Below, one piece after another: positions 42,978 through 52,711 of a DNA stretch of 64,000 bases. The notes below the pieces were generated by a model, which saw only the letters and a list, made by a program, of their open reading frames with translations, had not been told where the DNA came from and ran no database searches. The stretch's first letter is position 1. Every line of letters begins with the position of its first letter. Location: NCBI GenBank assembly GCA_963717505.1, contig OY970342.1, forward strand, positions 1,792,001 through 1,856,000, read 5' to 3'. This DNA comes from Candidatus Eiseniibacteriota bacterium (GTDB taxonomy: Bacteria; Eisenbacteria; RBG-16-71-46). A program made the translations under genes and the position numbers.

Positions 42978-43636
42978 GACGAAACTCTCCGAATCGGGGT
43001 TTTGCGCGTGCGGCCCGAGCTGTGTTTCTCGATCAGGCCGCGGATCAGAAGGTCAGAAAGCATGGACAGGCGGCGTTCGACGCCTGCGCGATCGCCCAGC
43101 TCTTCCAGGCTCAGGCTGTAGGGCAGGAGCGCATTGCTAGCGGTGACCAGGGATTCGGCATCGCGCGCCGGATTCCGGCTGGCGAGCTGCCCCATCGTTG
43201 TCGCGTCACGCAGCAGTGCCGCGAACACACGGGCCTCGGCGGCGAAGTGGTCCTGCCGGCGGGCGAGCAACGCCGGGCGCACGCCGCCCAGGAGTGCGTC
43301 GAGGCTCGCGGCGTGGGCGCGCGCGTAGTCAAAGCGGTCGAGCACACGCGCGCGCAACATGCTCCGTAGTCGCTGATCCGCCGGGCCGTGTGCCGCCGCC
43401 AGCTCGCGCAGGCGCTCGAGCAGCGCCGACACCATCCGGTCGATGCAGGAGAGCGCAATTTCTTCCTTGCTCGGGAACGACAGGTAGACCGTGCCCTTGC
43501 CGATCCCGGCCTCGCGCGCGATGTCGTCGACCGTCATCTTGCGAAAGCCGTAGCGGGCGAGCAGGCGGTCGGCGGCGTCGAGAATGCGCTCGCGGGCGGC
43601 CGAGGTGACTGGTGACTGATTTAGTGTTTTGGTCAC
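42974..43636 (-). CDS. TetR/AcrR family transcriptional regulator
   Basis: 'RERILDAA..GFRKMTVDDIAREAGIGKGTVYLSFPSKEEI'. Confidence 0.9.
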   Translation of the reverse strand: MTKTLNQSPVTSAARERILDAADRLLARYGFRKMTVDDIAREAGIGKGTVYLSFPSKEEIALSCIDRMVSALLERLRELAAAHGPADQRLRSMLRARVLDRFDYARAHAASLDALLGGVRPALLARRQDHFAAEARVFAALLRDATTMGQLASRNPARDAESLVTASNALLPYSLSLEELGDRAGVERRLSMLSDLLIRGLIEKHSSGRTRKTPIRRVSS

Positions 43637-43679
43637 CCAGGGAATCTAGCGCCGCCGCGGAGTGCGTGCAACCTGGGTT

Positions 43680-45008
43680 TCAGCGCGCTTCGGACCGCAG
43701 CCCGCCGGGTTTCCGGAAATACACCACCCGGTTCTTGGGGGGCATCTTGGCGCGCAGCAGGGCTTGGTTGGCCGCTCGCCACAGGTCGCTGGTGTTGCTG
43801 GCGCCGTCCGGGTAGAGGGCGACTCCGATGCTCACCGAAACGCTGACCCGGTGCATCTGCCGGTCGAGTGACTCGACGTGCACGATCTGCCGCTCGACCA
43901 GTGAGCGCAATCGCTCGCAGATGGTGACGACATCGTCGACCTGGACCGGTGCCGAGAGCAGGATCGCGAATTCCTCGCCGCCCCAGCGCGCGACCGTGTC
44001 GAACGGCCGCACCGCCGTGCGCAGCGTGTGGGCGACGTGCACCAGCACCCGATTGCCGGCTTCGTAGCCGTAGGTGGTGTTGAAGTTCTTGAAGTTGTCG
44101 ATGTCGGCGATACATAGCGCGAACGAAGCGTGGTCGCGCTGGGCGCGTGCAGTCTCGCTCGACACCTGCCGTTCGAAGTAGGGGCGGTTGAACGCGCCGG
44201 TCAGCGAATCCACGAACACCAGCTGCTCGATGCGCGCCGATCGCCGCCACGCGATCGCCCAGCAATCGGCGAGCAGCGACAGCAGGGCCAGCTCGCGGGT
44301 GCCGAACACGCCCGGCTCCGGGCTGGTTGCTTCGACGTGTCCGAGCACTTCCGCGTCTTCGCCGCACACCGCGGCCGCGGCGACCGAGCGCACGCCCTGG
44401 CGGGAGGCTTCGGGCTCGAGCCGAGGTGCTCGCGTCGTGTCGGCGCAGACCACGACGTCGGTCGGGTGGGCGAGGACCTCGGCGGCGAAGTCGGGATCGA
44501 TCGACCGCGGGGTCGCGGGATCGTCCACCGGTGCGCGCGGCACGAAGTGCACACTCTGAGCGCCGAGCAGCTCGGTTCCAGTCTGGTCGAGCAACTCGGT
44601 GAGGCTGACCCGCGGCGACCCCTGGCCGGGATCCGGCAGCGTCATGGTGTCGTCGAGCCGCAGCAGCCGGCGAACGTGGTCGAGGCTGGCATGGGCCTGG
44701 ACGATCAACGCGACGCGAGCGCGATACTCGAGCCCCTCCTTCTCACGCGCGCCGGGCAGCTCGATCGCGATGAGGTCGAGACCGCGTCCCTGATAGCGGA
44801 CGGTCTCCGAGCCTGGGGTCGCGGGCAGGCGCGTCAGCGTGCCGAGCTGCTCGAGCTGGCGCAGGGCCTGCAGGCTCGCCTGCTCGATCTGCGACGACAC
44901 GCCCGAGTGCAGCGCGCGCTGGACGCGCTGGCGGTCGGCGCTGGGCAGTGAGTCGAGCGGCAGCAGCCGCTCGAGCAAGTGACGGAAGTCGATGGGCTTT
45001 CGGTTCAT
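43680..45008 (-). CDS. GAF-GGDEF diguanylate cyclase
   Basis: 'DSLTGAFNR', 'DIDNFKNFN..GN', 'RPFD..ARWGGEEF', 'SIGVA'. GAF-like region upstream. Confidence 0.85.
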   Translation of the reverse strand: MNRKPIDFRHLLERLLPLDSLPSADRQRVQRALHSGVSSQIEQASLQALRQLEQLGTLTRLPATPGSETVRYQGRGLDLIAIELPGAREKEGLEYRARVALIVQAHASLDHVRRLLRLDDTMTLPDPGQGSPRVSLTELLDQTGTELLGAQSVHFVPRAPVDDPATPRSIDPDFAAEVLAHPTDVVVCADTTRAPRLEPEASRQGVRSVAAAAVCGEDAEVLGHVEATSPEPGVFGTRELALLSLLADCWAIAWRRSARIEQLVFVDSLTGAFNRPYFERQVSSETARAQRDHASFALCIADIDNFKNFNTTYGYEAGNRVLVHVAHTLRTAVRPFDTVARWGGEEFAILLSAPVQVDDVVTICERLRSLVERQIVHVESLDRQMHRVSVSVSIGVALYPDGASNTSDLWRAANQALLRAKMPPKNRVVYFRKPGGLRSEAR

Positions 45009-45163
45009 GGGTCGTCCTGCGTCCCTGACGGGCGGCCCCATCCCTGGATCGTGTAACCCGGTGTGTGAGCGAGAGGTCAAAGCAGAGGGGTTCAGACGAA
45101 CCCAGATTGAAAGATGCGCAGCGATTCTAGCATGCAGCGGCATGCAGCGCGGCGGCCGCGCAT

Positions 45164-45199
45164 GAAAAAAACCACCCGCGATGACGGATGGTTTCTTTC
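45164..45199 (-). terminator. Rho-independent terminator
   Basis: Minus strand AAACCATCCG-TCATCG-CGGGTGGTTT followed by further Ts, downstream of 45254..45883. Confidence 0.6.
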
Positions 45200-45253
45200 G
45201 CCGATCGCTTGGGCGGGACGACCCGGAAGAATCTTCCTACCGGCAGATTGTTC

Positions 45254-45883
45254 CTAGTTGAGGCGAACCAGCCGGGAAATGCTCATCCCGAGCGGGCTGG
45301 CAAACCGGAGGAAGTACACCCCGGCGCTCAGCGGACGGCCATCGCTCCCGCGTCCATTCCAATCGACACGGCTGGCGCCGCGCCCCAGGGGGCCGCGGTG
45401 GAGAACCACCTGCTGGCGACCCTGCAGGTCGTAGATCGCCACCTCGGCGTCGACCGGCGCCGTACCGGGGCGTCCGCTCAGGAACAACTGGACGCGCGCC
45501 GCCCCGGCTCCCGGGTTGGGATGGATCTCGGCGCGAATCGGCCGGACCTGATCGGCGGAGATCGTGACCGGATAGGGCCCGAAACTCTGGAAGCTGCCGT
45601 TGGCCAGCTCGAGGTCGAAGCGGTACCAGTAGGTCGCCCCGGCCACGGCTTCGAAATCGTCGACGTAGCACGTGCCAGTACAAAGCGTGCTGGCGTCCGA
45701 CACGCGATCGAACGGACCGGCTTCGAAGCCCGAACGCAGGATGGTGTAGCGCGATCCGGGGAAGTCGCCGTTGAGTCGCACGTGCGGCACGCCCTCTCGA
45801 TACTCGACGTGGACACCCGGGTCGGCGACTGCCAGTGTCGCGACCAGCATCGTGGCGGCGACCATCGCATGGGCTCGCTTCAT
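45254..45883 (-). CDS. Small secreted protein: FN3-like domain plus FlgD-like CTD
   Basis: Signal MKRAH..AVA, 'YVDDFEAVAGATYWYRF', 'HPNP..IYDLQGR..WNGRGSDGRPLSAGVYFLR'. Confidence 0.75.
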   Translation of the reverse strand: MKRAHAMVAATMLVATLAVADPGVHVEYREGVPHVRLNGDFPGSRYTILRSGFEAGPFDRVSDASTLCTGTCYVDDFEAVAGATYWYRFDLELANGSFQSFGPYPVTISADQVRPIRAEIHPNPGAGAARVQLFLSGRPGTAPVDAEVAIYDLQGRQQVVLHRGPLGRGASRVDWNGRGSDGRPLSAGVYFLRFASPLGMSISRLVRLN

Positions 45884-46108
45884 GTGGCTGGCTCCCTGAG
45901 AATGTTGCTCGAAGGCGCTCGACGCCCGAGTATTGTGTTCCTGGCCGTGGGCGTACGCAATACCCGGGTCCGACGTGACCGGTTCCGCCCAGGGCACAGG
46001 CAGGCGAACCTCGGCGGCGGGGGTTTTCACCTTGACACTCTCGCGAGCCGCTCATTACGTTTCAACCTCTTGTCCATCATCGTATTGGCTCGGACGGAAG
46101 GCGACCGC

Positions 46109-46576
46109 ATGAGGCTGTCGGAACTACTCAATCCCAAAGCGGTTGCTTTGCACCTCAAATCCAAGAACAAGCGCGAGGCGCTGGCGGAGCTGGTCGAGGT
46201 CCTCGAGGCCGCCCACGGCTTCGACAGCCAGGGGGAGATCCTCGACCGGGTCATGCGCCGGGAGGCCATGATGGCCACCGGCATCGGCAACGGCGTCGCG
46301 ATCCCCCACGGCAAGGCCCGCTCGGTCGACCGCATGGCGGCCGCGGTTGCCGTCTGCCCTGAAGGCATCGACTACGAGGCCGAGGACGGACACCCGGTCA
46401 GCCTGATCTTCCTGTTCATCTCGCCCGAGAACGCGACCACCCTCCACGTGCGGGCTCTGGCCAGCCTGTCGCGGCTCATGAAGGAAGAGTCGGTGCGCAA
46501 CAGCCTGCGCGAGGCAGCGACGCCCGAGGCCTTCATGGCCGCCCTCCTCGCGGCGGAGAGCGTCTACAGCGTCTAG
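46109..46576 (+). CDS. PTS IIA-like protein (PtsN/fructose-mannitol IIA family)
   Basis: 'RREAMMATGIGNGVAIPHGK', 'HVRALASLSR'. Confidence 0.85.
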   Translation: MRLSELLNPKAVALHLKSKNKREALAELVEVLEAAHGFDSQGEILDRVMRREAMMATGIGNGVAIPHGKARSVDRMAAAVAVCPEGIDYEAEDGHPVSLIFLFISPENATTLHVRALASLSRLMKEESVRNSLREAATPEAFMAALLAAESVYSV

Positions 46577-46621
46577 AGTCGTTCAGGTTCACGGCTGGCG
46601 CGCGCCGGCCGCCATCGGCCC

Positions 46622-47284
46622 ATGAGGGGACGAGACGCGATGCGCTTCCTGGAGTCCTGGACCGTCCTGCCGCTGGTCGACTTGATCCGGCTGGCTTTGC
46701 CGGTGGCCGGGACCCTGCTGATGGTGCTCTTGCCCGGCCGGCGAGCCGGCGGGGTCGCCGCCGCGATCGTGATGATCGGGGTGGCCGCCAACCCCGAACT
46801 GATCCCTGCCCTCTGGCTTCATGTGGCGTGGGTCGCCCTGTGGGGGGCTCTGGTCTGGCAGACGTTCCGGGGTTCCTCGCCGCCCGGCCGGCGGCTCGCG
46901 TTCTTCGAGTCCGGGGTCATCGGCGCGATCCTGGGTGCGTCCCTGCTCGTGCTTCTCCTGGCCGCGATCGAACGCCAGGCGCTGCCCCACGACGAAGCCC
47001 GGCGCGCCGCAATCGGGCTCACGCTGCTCGCCCTGGGTCTGCTGCACCTGATGATGCGACACCACACGATCCGCGCCGGGCTGGCGTTCGCCGCCCTAGG
47101 GCTTGGTCTTCAGGTGATCGAAGTCGCGGCCTGGGGCAGCCTGATGCCCGGCTCGGCCGGCCCGCCCGCGGCCGTTTGGTTTGCGACGCTGGTCGCGGTC
47201 ACGCTCGCCGTGCGCATCGGACACATCCGCGAGCGAGTCGCCGGCAGCCCGTGGGTCGGGGATGCACACGACCTCCATGACTGA
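46622..47284 (+). CDS. Multi-pass membrane protein, HyfE/NuoK-like C-terminal part
   Basis: About seven TM helices, 'LLALGLLHLMMRHHTIRAGLAF..GL'. Overlaps the next gene. Confidence 0.45.
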   Translation: MRGRDAMRFLESWTVLPLVDLIRLALPVAGTLLMVLLPGRRAGGVAAAIVMIGVAANPELIPALWLHVAWVALWGALVWQTFRGSSPPGRRLAFFESGVIGAILGASLLVLLLAAIERQALPHDEARRAAIGLTLLALGLLHLMMRHHTIRAGLAFAALGLGLQVIEVAAWGSLMPGSAGPPAAVWFATLVAVTLAVRIGHIRERVAGSPWVGDAHDLHD

Positions 47285-48686
47285 GGCGCGCGCCGGTACC
47301 GCGCGGGTCGCGAACGGTTCAGGCGCGACTCCCTCCTGGCCCGCGGTGCTGCGCGATCGAACGCGTCGGTTGTTTCCCGACGCCCGGCAAGTCGGCGTCC
47401 TGGCCTGTGGACTCGGCCTCGCAAGTCTCGCGCACCCCTCGCTGCTGACCACCGCACTCGGCGTCGAGCTGCTGGCGCTCGCGTTCTGGCTGTGGGCACG
47501 GGCCGCCCCCGACGCCGCAGAGCAGATCGGACGCTGGGCGTGGCTGCGCCGGCCAGCTTCGGCGTTGTGGCTCGCATTTGCTCTCGATGCGATCCTGCCC
47601 GCCATCGGCTCGGGCCCCCACATCTCCGCGGTCCAGCCCCTGCGGTTGGTTCAGGCGGCGGCGGTGGCCTGGGCCGGACTCGAATTGCTCGCCTCGCTGC
47701 CGCTGGTGCGCACGTTCTCGGATCTGCCGGGTCCTTACCTCGACGTGCGCTCGTGGCTGCCGGTGCTGATGCCGACCACCGGTTTTCTCGTGCTCTGGCG
47801 ACACAGCGAGCTGTGGACCAACGTGTCGCCGGTGCGCGAGGCTGCACTGCTGCTGCTCGCGATCACCACCGTGCTCGCGACGTTGCGCGCGTTCGCGCGC
47901 CGGACCTGGACGGCATCCTTGCGCTGGCTGGTGCTGATCGACTGCACGCTCGGCGCGATGGTGCTGGCCAGCGCGCTCCTGCCCTCCGACGTGACGCTCT
48001 TACTATGGGTCGCCGCCACCGGCGCGCACACGTTTCTCCTGGCCGGCGAACTGCGCGGGTCGGCGCCGCGCCGCGGCGCGATGCTCACGCGGTTGTGGCG
48101 GATCGCGAGCTGGACGGCACTCGCCTGCCTGGCCTGGCCCGCGGCTGCGCTCAATGGTCCCGAACACCACGGCGGCATCGGCACGGCGGTGCGCGTCATG
48201 CTCATGATCTCGACGCTGTTCGCAGGCTGGATCGTGGTCGGGCGCATGCTCCCGGCCGACGAGCGGCGAACCGTCATGCGCCCCGAGCACGTGATCACCA
48301 TGAGCCATGCGACCGCACTCCTCATCCTGGTCCTCGCATTCCTGGCGATCGGCATGGCGTGGTGGGCGGGGTTCGAGCCGACGATCCCAACCACGCTCGC
48401 TGCGATCGGACCTTTGGCGATCGGCGGCTGGACCGCAGTGCTGAGTCGCCAGCAACGCACGTTGCGGCGGCGGATCGAGCAGATGGTGGCGGCATTTCGC
48501 GGTCCCGCGCGCAAGATCTTCGAGCTGTTCGTCCGGCTCGAGGGCGCGATCGTCGCGTGGCTCGGCGGGCTGACCCGTGCGCTGGCGCGGCCACTACACG
48601 ACCTGCACACCGGGGATGCCCAGGAATATCTGCTGTTCCTGGTCGGGCTCGCGGTGCTGGCGATGATCATGCAGGTCCTGCGATGA
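47277..48686 (+). CDS. Degenerate NuoL/MrpA/HyfB-like membrane protein
   Basis: Many TM helices. C-terminal amphipathic helix then 'LHDLHTGDAQEYL' and a final TM, as in NuoL/HyfB-type subunits. Confidence 0.5.
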   Translation: MTEARAGTARVANGSGATPSWPAVLRDRTRRLFPDARQVGVLACGLGLASLAHPSLLTTALGVELLALAFWLWARAAPDAAEQIGRWAWLRRPASALWLAFALDAILPAIGSGPHISAVQPLRLVQAAAVAWAGLELLASLPLVRTFSDLPGPYLDVRSWLPVLMPTTGFLVLWRHSELWTNVSPVREAALLLLAITTVLATLRAFARRTWTASLRWLVLIDCTLGAMVLASALLPSDVTLLLWVAATGAHTFLLAGELRGSAPRRGAMLTRLWRIASWTALACLAWPAAALNGPEHHGGIGTAVRVMLMISTLFAGWIVVGRMLPADERRTVMRPEHVITMSHATALLILVLAFLAIGMAWWAGFEPTIPTTLAAIGPLAIGGWTAVLSRQQRTLRRRIEQMVAAFRGPARKIFELFVRLEGAIVAWLGGLTRALARPLHDLHTGDAQEYLLFLVGLAVLAMIMQVLR

Positions 48687-49885
48687 CAGGTCCTGCGATG
48701 ACCTTCGCGACCCTCGCGGCTTCTCCACTGTTTCCGCCGGCGCTGGCGCTGATCGCCGCACTGCTCATGTTCTCGCTCGACCGGCGCGACCGGCTGCATG
48801 CGCTCGAGTGGGCGACCGGGGTCATTCTGGTGCTGCTCGCGGTCGGCCTGGTGCGCGCGCCGGTGTCGGGGCCGACCTGGTCGCTGCTGGCGCCCGGCAT
48901 CGTCGCGGCGTTGCTCTCGCGCGATCGCGACAGCCTGCTCGAGAGCGAATGCGCATTGAAGCTGCTGTGGGTATTCGGGGCGGCAATTGCGTTGTCGTGG
49001 GCTGGCGTTCGCTTGCTCGAACTCTCGACCGGCACCGAAGTCGTGCTCGAACAGTGGGCGGTGCTCGAGCTGGGCGTCGATCCCGAGTTCCTCTGGCAAG
49101 CGGCCCTGCCGTTGTCGCTGGTGCTTGGCATGGTCTTGCTCGGCGGCGCGCCGTTCCATTTCTGGGCCGCGGACGTTCTTCAGGGTGCGCCGGTCTGGCT
49201 GTCGCCGCTGGCGGTGATCGTGATCCAGATCACCGGCGCCGGCTGGCTCAGCTCGCGACTCGCCGGGATCGCGCGATTCCCCGAAGCCGCGCGTGCGGTC
49301 GCCGGCTGGCTGGCAATGGGCGCGTTTCTCGCGTTCGCCGTGGGTGCCGTGACGTTGTTCGTCCAGCGACGGCCCGAGCGGCGTGTCGGTACGCTGGCGA
49401 GCTTGAACGGCGGGTTGTTGCTCGCCGCCCTCGCGTTCGCGCGTGGTGGCGCGAGTGCCGGTGTCGATCCCGACTTCGTTGCACGCTGGACGGCGCACCT
49501 GGTTCTGGCCCTGAGCGGTGCCGCGATTCTCGCGCGCTTCGTGCCGGTGGCCACCGCGGGTCCCGAGCCGACACCGGTGTTGTTCCGCTCGCACCCGGTG
49601 ACTGGACTCGTGGGATTGTTCGCACTCGCTTCGCTCGCTGGTGTTCCGGGAACCCCGGGCTCGGCGATCTGGCGAGAGGTCGCAGGCATGGTGGCGCGCG
49701 GCGGCTGGATCTGGGTGACCTTCGCGCTGTGCGCCGCGTGGTTGGCGGCGCTGGGCGCGGTGATCCGCCAGGCGCGCGAGGCGTTCGGGATCAGCCGGCC
49801 GGGGCCGGCGCCCCGGGTGCCGTGGCAGCCGCGTCTCGCGATCTGGGTGTGCGCGGCGGGGCTGGTGGTCCTCTCGCTCCGCTAG
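48683..49885 (+). CDS. Degenerate NuoN-like (proton-antiporter family) membrane protein
   Basis: 'ESECALK', 'GAPFHFWAADVLQGAP', 'LFRSHP..LASLAGVPGTPG'. Confidence 0.65.
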   Translation: MTGPAMTFATLAASPLFPPALALIAALLMFSLDRRDRLHALEWATGVILVLLAVGLVRAPVSGPTWSLLAPGIVAALLSRDRDSLLESECALKLLWVFGAAIALSWAGVRLLELSTGTEVVLEQWAVLELGVDPEFLWQAALPLSLVLGMVLLGGAPFHFWAADVLQGAPVWLSPLAVIVIQITGAGWLSSRLAGIARFPEAARAVAGWLAMGAFLAFAVGAVTLFVQRRPERRVGTLASLNGGLLLAALAFARGGASAGVDPDFVARWTAHLVLALSGAAILARFVPVATAGPEPTPVLFRSHPVTGLVGLFALASLAGVPGTPGSAIWREVAGMVARGGWIWVTFALCAAWLAALGAVIRQAREAFGISRPGPAPRVPWQPRLAIWVCAAGLVVLSLR

Positions 49886-50008
49886 ATTCCCCTCGACCCG
49901 GGGCCCTGCCCGGGTTCAATATCAATGAGCGACCCGGTTCGTACGCCCTCGGTTTCCCCGCCATGGCGTTCACGGATGTGCTACTCGATGGCCACCGAGG
50001 AGGAGCCC

Positions 50009-52633
50009 GTGAGCAACGTCATGTTCGTTCGTCGTGCATGCCTCGCGACGACTTTGTGCGCGGTGTTGTTGCCCGCCGGCACGTCCCGGGCCGCGTCGTT
50101 TGGTGAGTTCATCGATCCACATCCCGCGCCCGGCAATCAGTTTGGGTCGCACATCGTGCCGTTGAGCACGGGCAATGTGGTGATCACCTCACCCTATGAC
50201 GACGCCGGCGGAAACGACGCGGGTGCGGTCTATCTGTTCAACGGCGCGACCGGGGCGTTGATCAGCACGCTGCGCGGAAACAAGGGCGGCGACAACGTCG
50301 GCATCGACGGGGTCACGGTGCTCGCCAACGGCAATTTCGTGGTCGCCAGCCCGAACTTCGACAACGGTCTGGTCATCGACGGTGGTGCGGCGACCTGGTG
50401 CAGTGGAACGACCGGGGTGAATGGAGCGGTTTCCGCCGCCAACAGCCTGGTCGGGACCGTGGGTTTCGATCAGGTCGGCAGTGGTTACGTGGTGGCACTC
50501 ACCAACGGCAACTATGTGGTTGGCAGCCCGATGTGGAACCGCCTCCCGAACTTCCGCGTGGGGGCGGTGACCTGGGGCAACGGCACGACCGGAATCAGCG
50601 GAGCGGTTTCGCTCGCCAATAGCCTGGTTGGCTCCCGAGTCGACGACAGGGTCGGCGAGAAGGTGATGGCGCTTTCCAATGGCAACTATGTGGTCGGAAG
50701 CTGGCTCTGGGACAGCGGTACGATCGCCAACGCCGGGGCCGCGACCTGGGGCAATGGAGCCATCGGCGTGAGCGGTGCGGTCTCCGCCGCCAATAGCCTG
50801 GTCGGCTCCAATTCTGACGATCATGTCTCGGACTACATGTTCCGGCTCTCGAACGGGAACTACGTGGTCGCCAGCCCACGCTGGAACAACGGCTTTACTG
50901 CCGACGCGGGTGCCGTGACCTGGTGTAACGGCACGACCGGAAAAGCAGGGGTGATCTCCGCCGCCAACAGCCTGGTCGGCACGACGGCGGACGACAACGT
51001 CGGTTTCGGTAGCTTTGTTCCGCTCCCGAACGGTAACTATGTAATCGGGAGCGTGAGTTGGGACAACGGCGCCGTGGTCGATGCGGGCGCGGCAACCTGG
51101 GGCAGCGGCACGACCGGCGTGACTGGCGTGGTCTCCGCCGCGAATAGCCTGGTTGGCTCGACGGCTGCTGATCGTCTTGGTTACGAGGTGACGGAACTCG
51201 CGAACGGCAACTACGTGGTCACCGGCCGGGACTGGGACAACAGCGCCGTCGGCGACAGCGGTGCTGTCGACGCTGGCTTCACGGCTTGGGGCAACGGGAT
51301 GACCGGTGTGAGTGGGGTGATCTCCGCCGCCAACAGTCTGGTCGGCACGACGGCCGGAGAAGGAGTTGGCTACGTTGTGACGGCGCTAGCGAATGGCAAC
51401 TACGTGGTTGGCAGTCCCGGCTGGGACAACGGCGCCTTGGTCGACGTCGGTGCCGCGACTTGGGGCAACGGGACTACCGGGGTGAGCGGGGTGATCTCCA
51501 CGACCAACAGCCTGGTCGGCTCATCGGCTCATGATGTGGTCGGCGCCACAGTGGCGGCGCTGACGAACGGCAACTATGTGGTCGGCAGCTCGGGCTGGGA
51601 TGACGACGGGGTTGCCGACGTGGGTGCAGCGACCTGGGCCGACGGCACGACCGGACTTGTTGGCGTGGTTTCCCCCGCCAACAGCCTGGTTGGCTCGCAA
51701 ACCGGCGATTGCGTGGGCACTGCCGTGACGGCTCTTACGAACGGCAACTACGTGGTGGTCAGTATGTGGGACAACGGCGGTGCCGCTGACGCGGGTGCGA
51801 CGACCTGGGGCGACGGCACCACCGGGGTGACCGGGGTGGTCTCCGAAGGCAACAGCGTGGTTGGTTCGTCGTACGGCGATGGTGCCAGCATGACCGTGAC
51901 CCCGCTGTCGAACGGCAACTACGTGGTGGCCCGACCGTTTTGGCACAACGGCGCGGTCATGTTCGCGGGTGCCGTGAGCTGGGGCGACGGAGCGTTCGCG
52001 GCGACCGGCGTGGTTTCGTCCGCCAACAGCCTGGTCGGGCTCAATGCCAACGACTTCGTCGGCAGCCATGGGGTGACGGAGCTTTCGAACGGCAACTACG
52101 TGGTGGCCAGCCCAGCCTGGGACAGGGGCGCCGTCGTCGACGCCGGCGCCGCGACCTTGGGAGACGGTGCGAGCGGGTCGAGCGGCGGCGTCTCCGCCGC
52201 CAGCAGCCTAGTGGGCGCCGCGGAGAATTCGAGCCTGGCATTGGTCGTTGTGGACGCCGTGAACAACACATACATCGCCAGTTTCCTCACGGATGGTGGC
52301 GGGCGGGTGCGGGTCAGTTCGCAGGACGAGTCCAATCTCGTGAGCGTCGCCGACAACTTGGAGCCAGCGCAGCGGACGATCGGTATACGACCAAATCCCG
52401 CGCGCGGAAACGCACTTCACGTGGCGTTCGCTTTGCCGACCGCGGGCCCCGCGCGGCTCGAGCTGCTGGACGTCAGCGGGCGGCGCGTGCTGGCGCGCGA
52501 GGTCGGCTCGCTCGGCAGCGGACAGCACACCGTGAATCTGGCCGAGGGTCGAAGGGTCGCTCCCGGGATCTACTGGGTGCGGCTGACCCAGGGCGCGAGT
52601 CAGCAGAGGGCCCGCGTGGCGGTGATCGAGTGA
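50009..52633 (+). CDS. Secreted DUF5650-like repeat protein with CTD
   Basis: About 12 repeats of 'L.NGNYVV.SP.WDNG...DAGA.TWG.GTTG..G.VS.ANSLVG'. CTD 'PNP..LLDVSGRRV..PGIYWVRL'. GAGGAGGAG RBS before GTG. Confidence 0.82.
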   Translation: MSNVMFVRRACLATTLCAVLLPAGTSRAASFGEFIDPHPAPGNQFGSHIVPLSTGNVVITSPYDDAGGNDAGAVYLFNGATGALISTLRGNKGGDNVGIDGVTVLANGNFVVASPNFDNGLVIDGGAATWCSGTTGVNGAVSAANSLVGTVGFDQVGSGYVVALTNGNYVVGSPMWNRLPNFRVGAVTWGNGTTGISGAVSLANSLVGSRVDDRVGEKVMALSNGNYVVGSWLWDSGTIANAGAATWGNGAIGVSGAVSAANSLVGSNSDDHVSDYMFRLSNGNYVVASPRWNNGFTADAGAVTWCNGTTGKAGVISAANSLVGTTADDNVGFGSFVPLPNGNYVIGSVSWDNGAVVDAGAATWGSGTTGVTGVVSAANSLVGSTAADRLGYEVTELANGNYVVTGRDWDNSAVGDSGAVDAGFTAWGNGMTGVSGVISAANSLVGTTAGEGVGYVVTALANGNYVVGSPGWDNGALVDVGAATWGNGTTGVSGVISTTNSLVGSSAHDVVGATVAALTNGNYVVGSSGWDDDGVADVGAATWADGTTGLVGVVSPANSLVGSQTGDCVGTAVTALTNGNYVVVSMWDNGGAADAGATTWGDGTTGVTGVVSEGNSVVGSSYGDGASMTVTPLSNGNYVVARPFWHNGAVMFAGAVSWGDGAFAATGVVSSANSLVGLNANDFVGSHGVTELSNGNYVVASPAWDRGAVVDAGAATLGDGASGSSGGVSAASSLVGAAENSSLALVVVDAVNNTYIASFLTDGGGRVRVSSQDESNLVSVADNLEPAQRTIGIRPNPARGNALHVAFALPTAGPARLELLDVSGRRVLAREVGSLGSGQHTVNLAEGRRVAPGIYWVRLTQGASQQRARVAVIE

Positions 52634-52711
52634 TTTTGAGTTGCGCGGCGCGGCTGTCCGGGAATCGCGGGGCGAGTGGAGATCAGCCGGTCGCGGCGGG
52701 GGCCTGGCCGG

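Noticed and set aside
45188-46108. 462-aa ORF as an extended PTS IIA fusion
   Set aside because: The upstream part is antisense to the CTD gene. The likely start is ATG 46109 after GGAAGG.
50200-52250. Periodic repeats as a CRISPR array or DGR
   Set aside because: They are degenerate in-frame protein repeats with no unique spacers, and no cas or RT gene is present.
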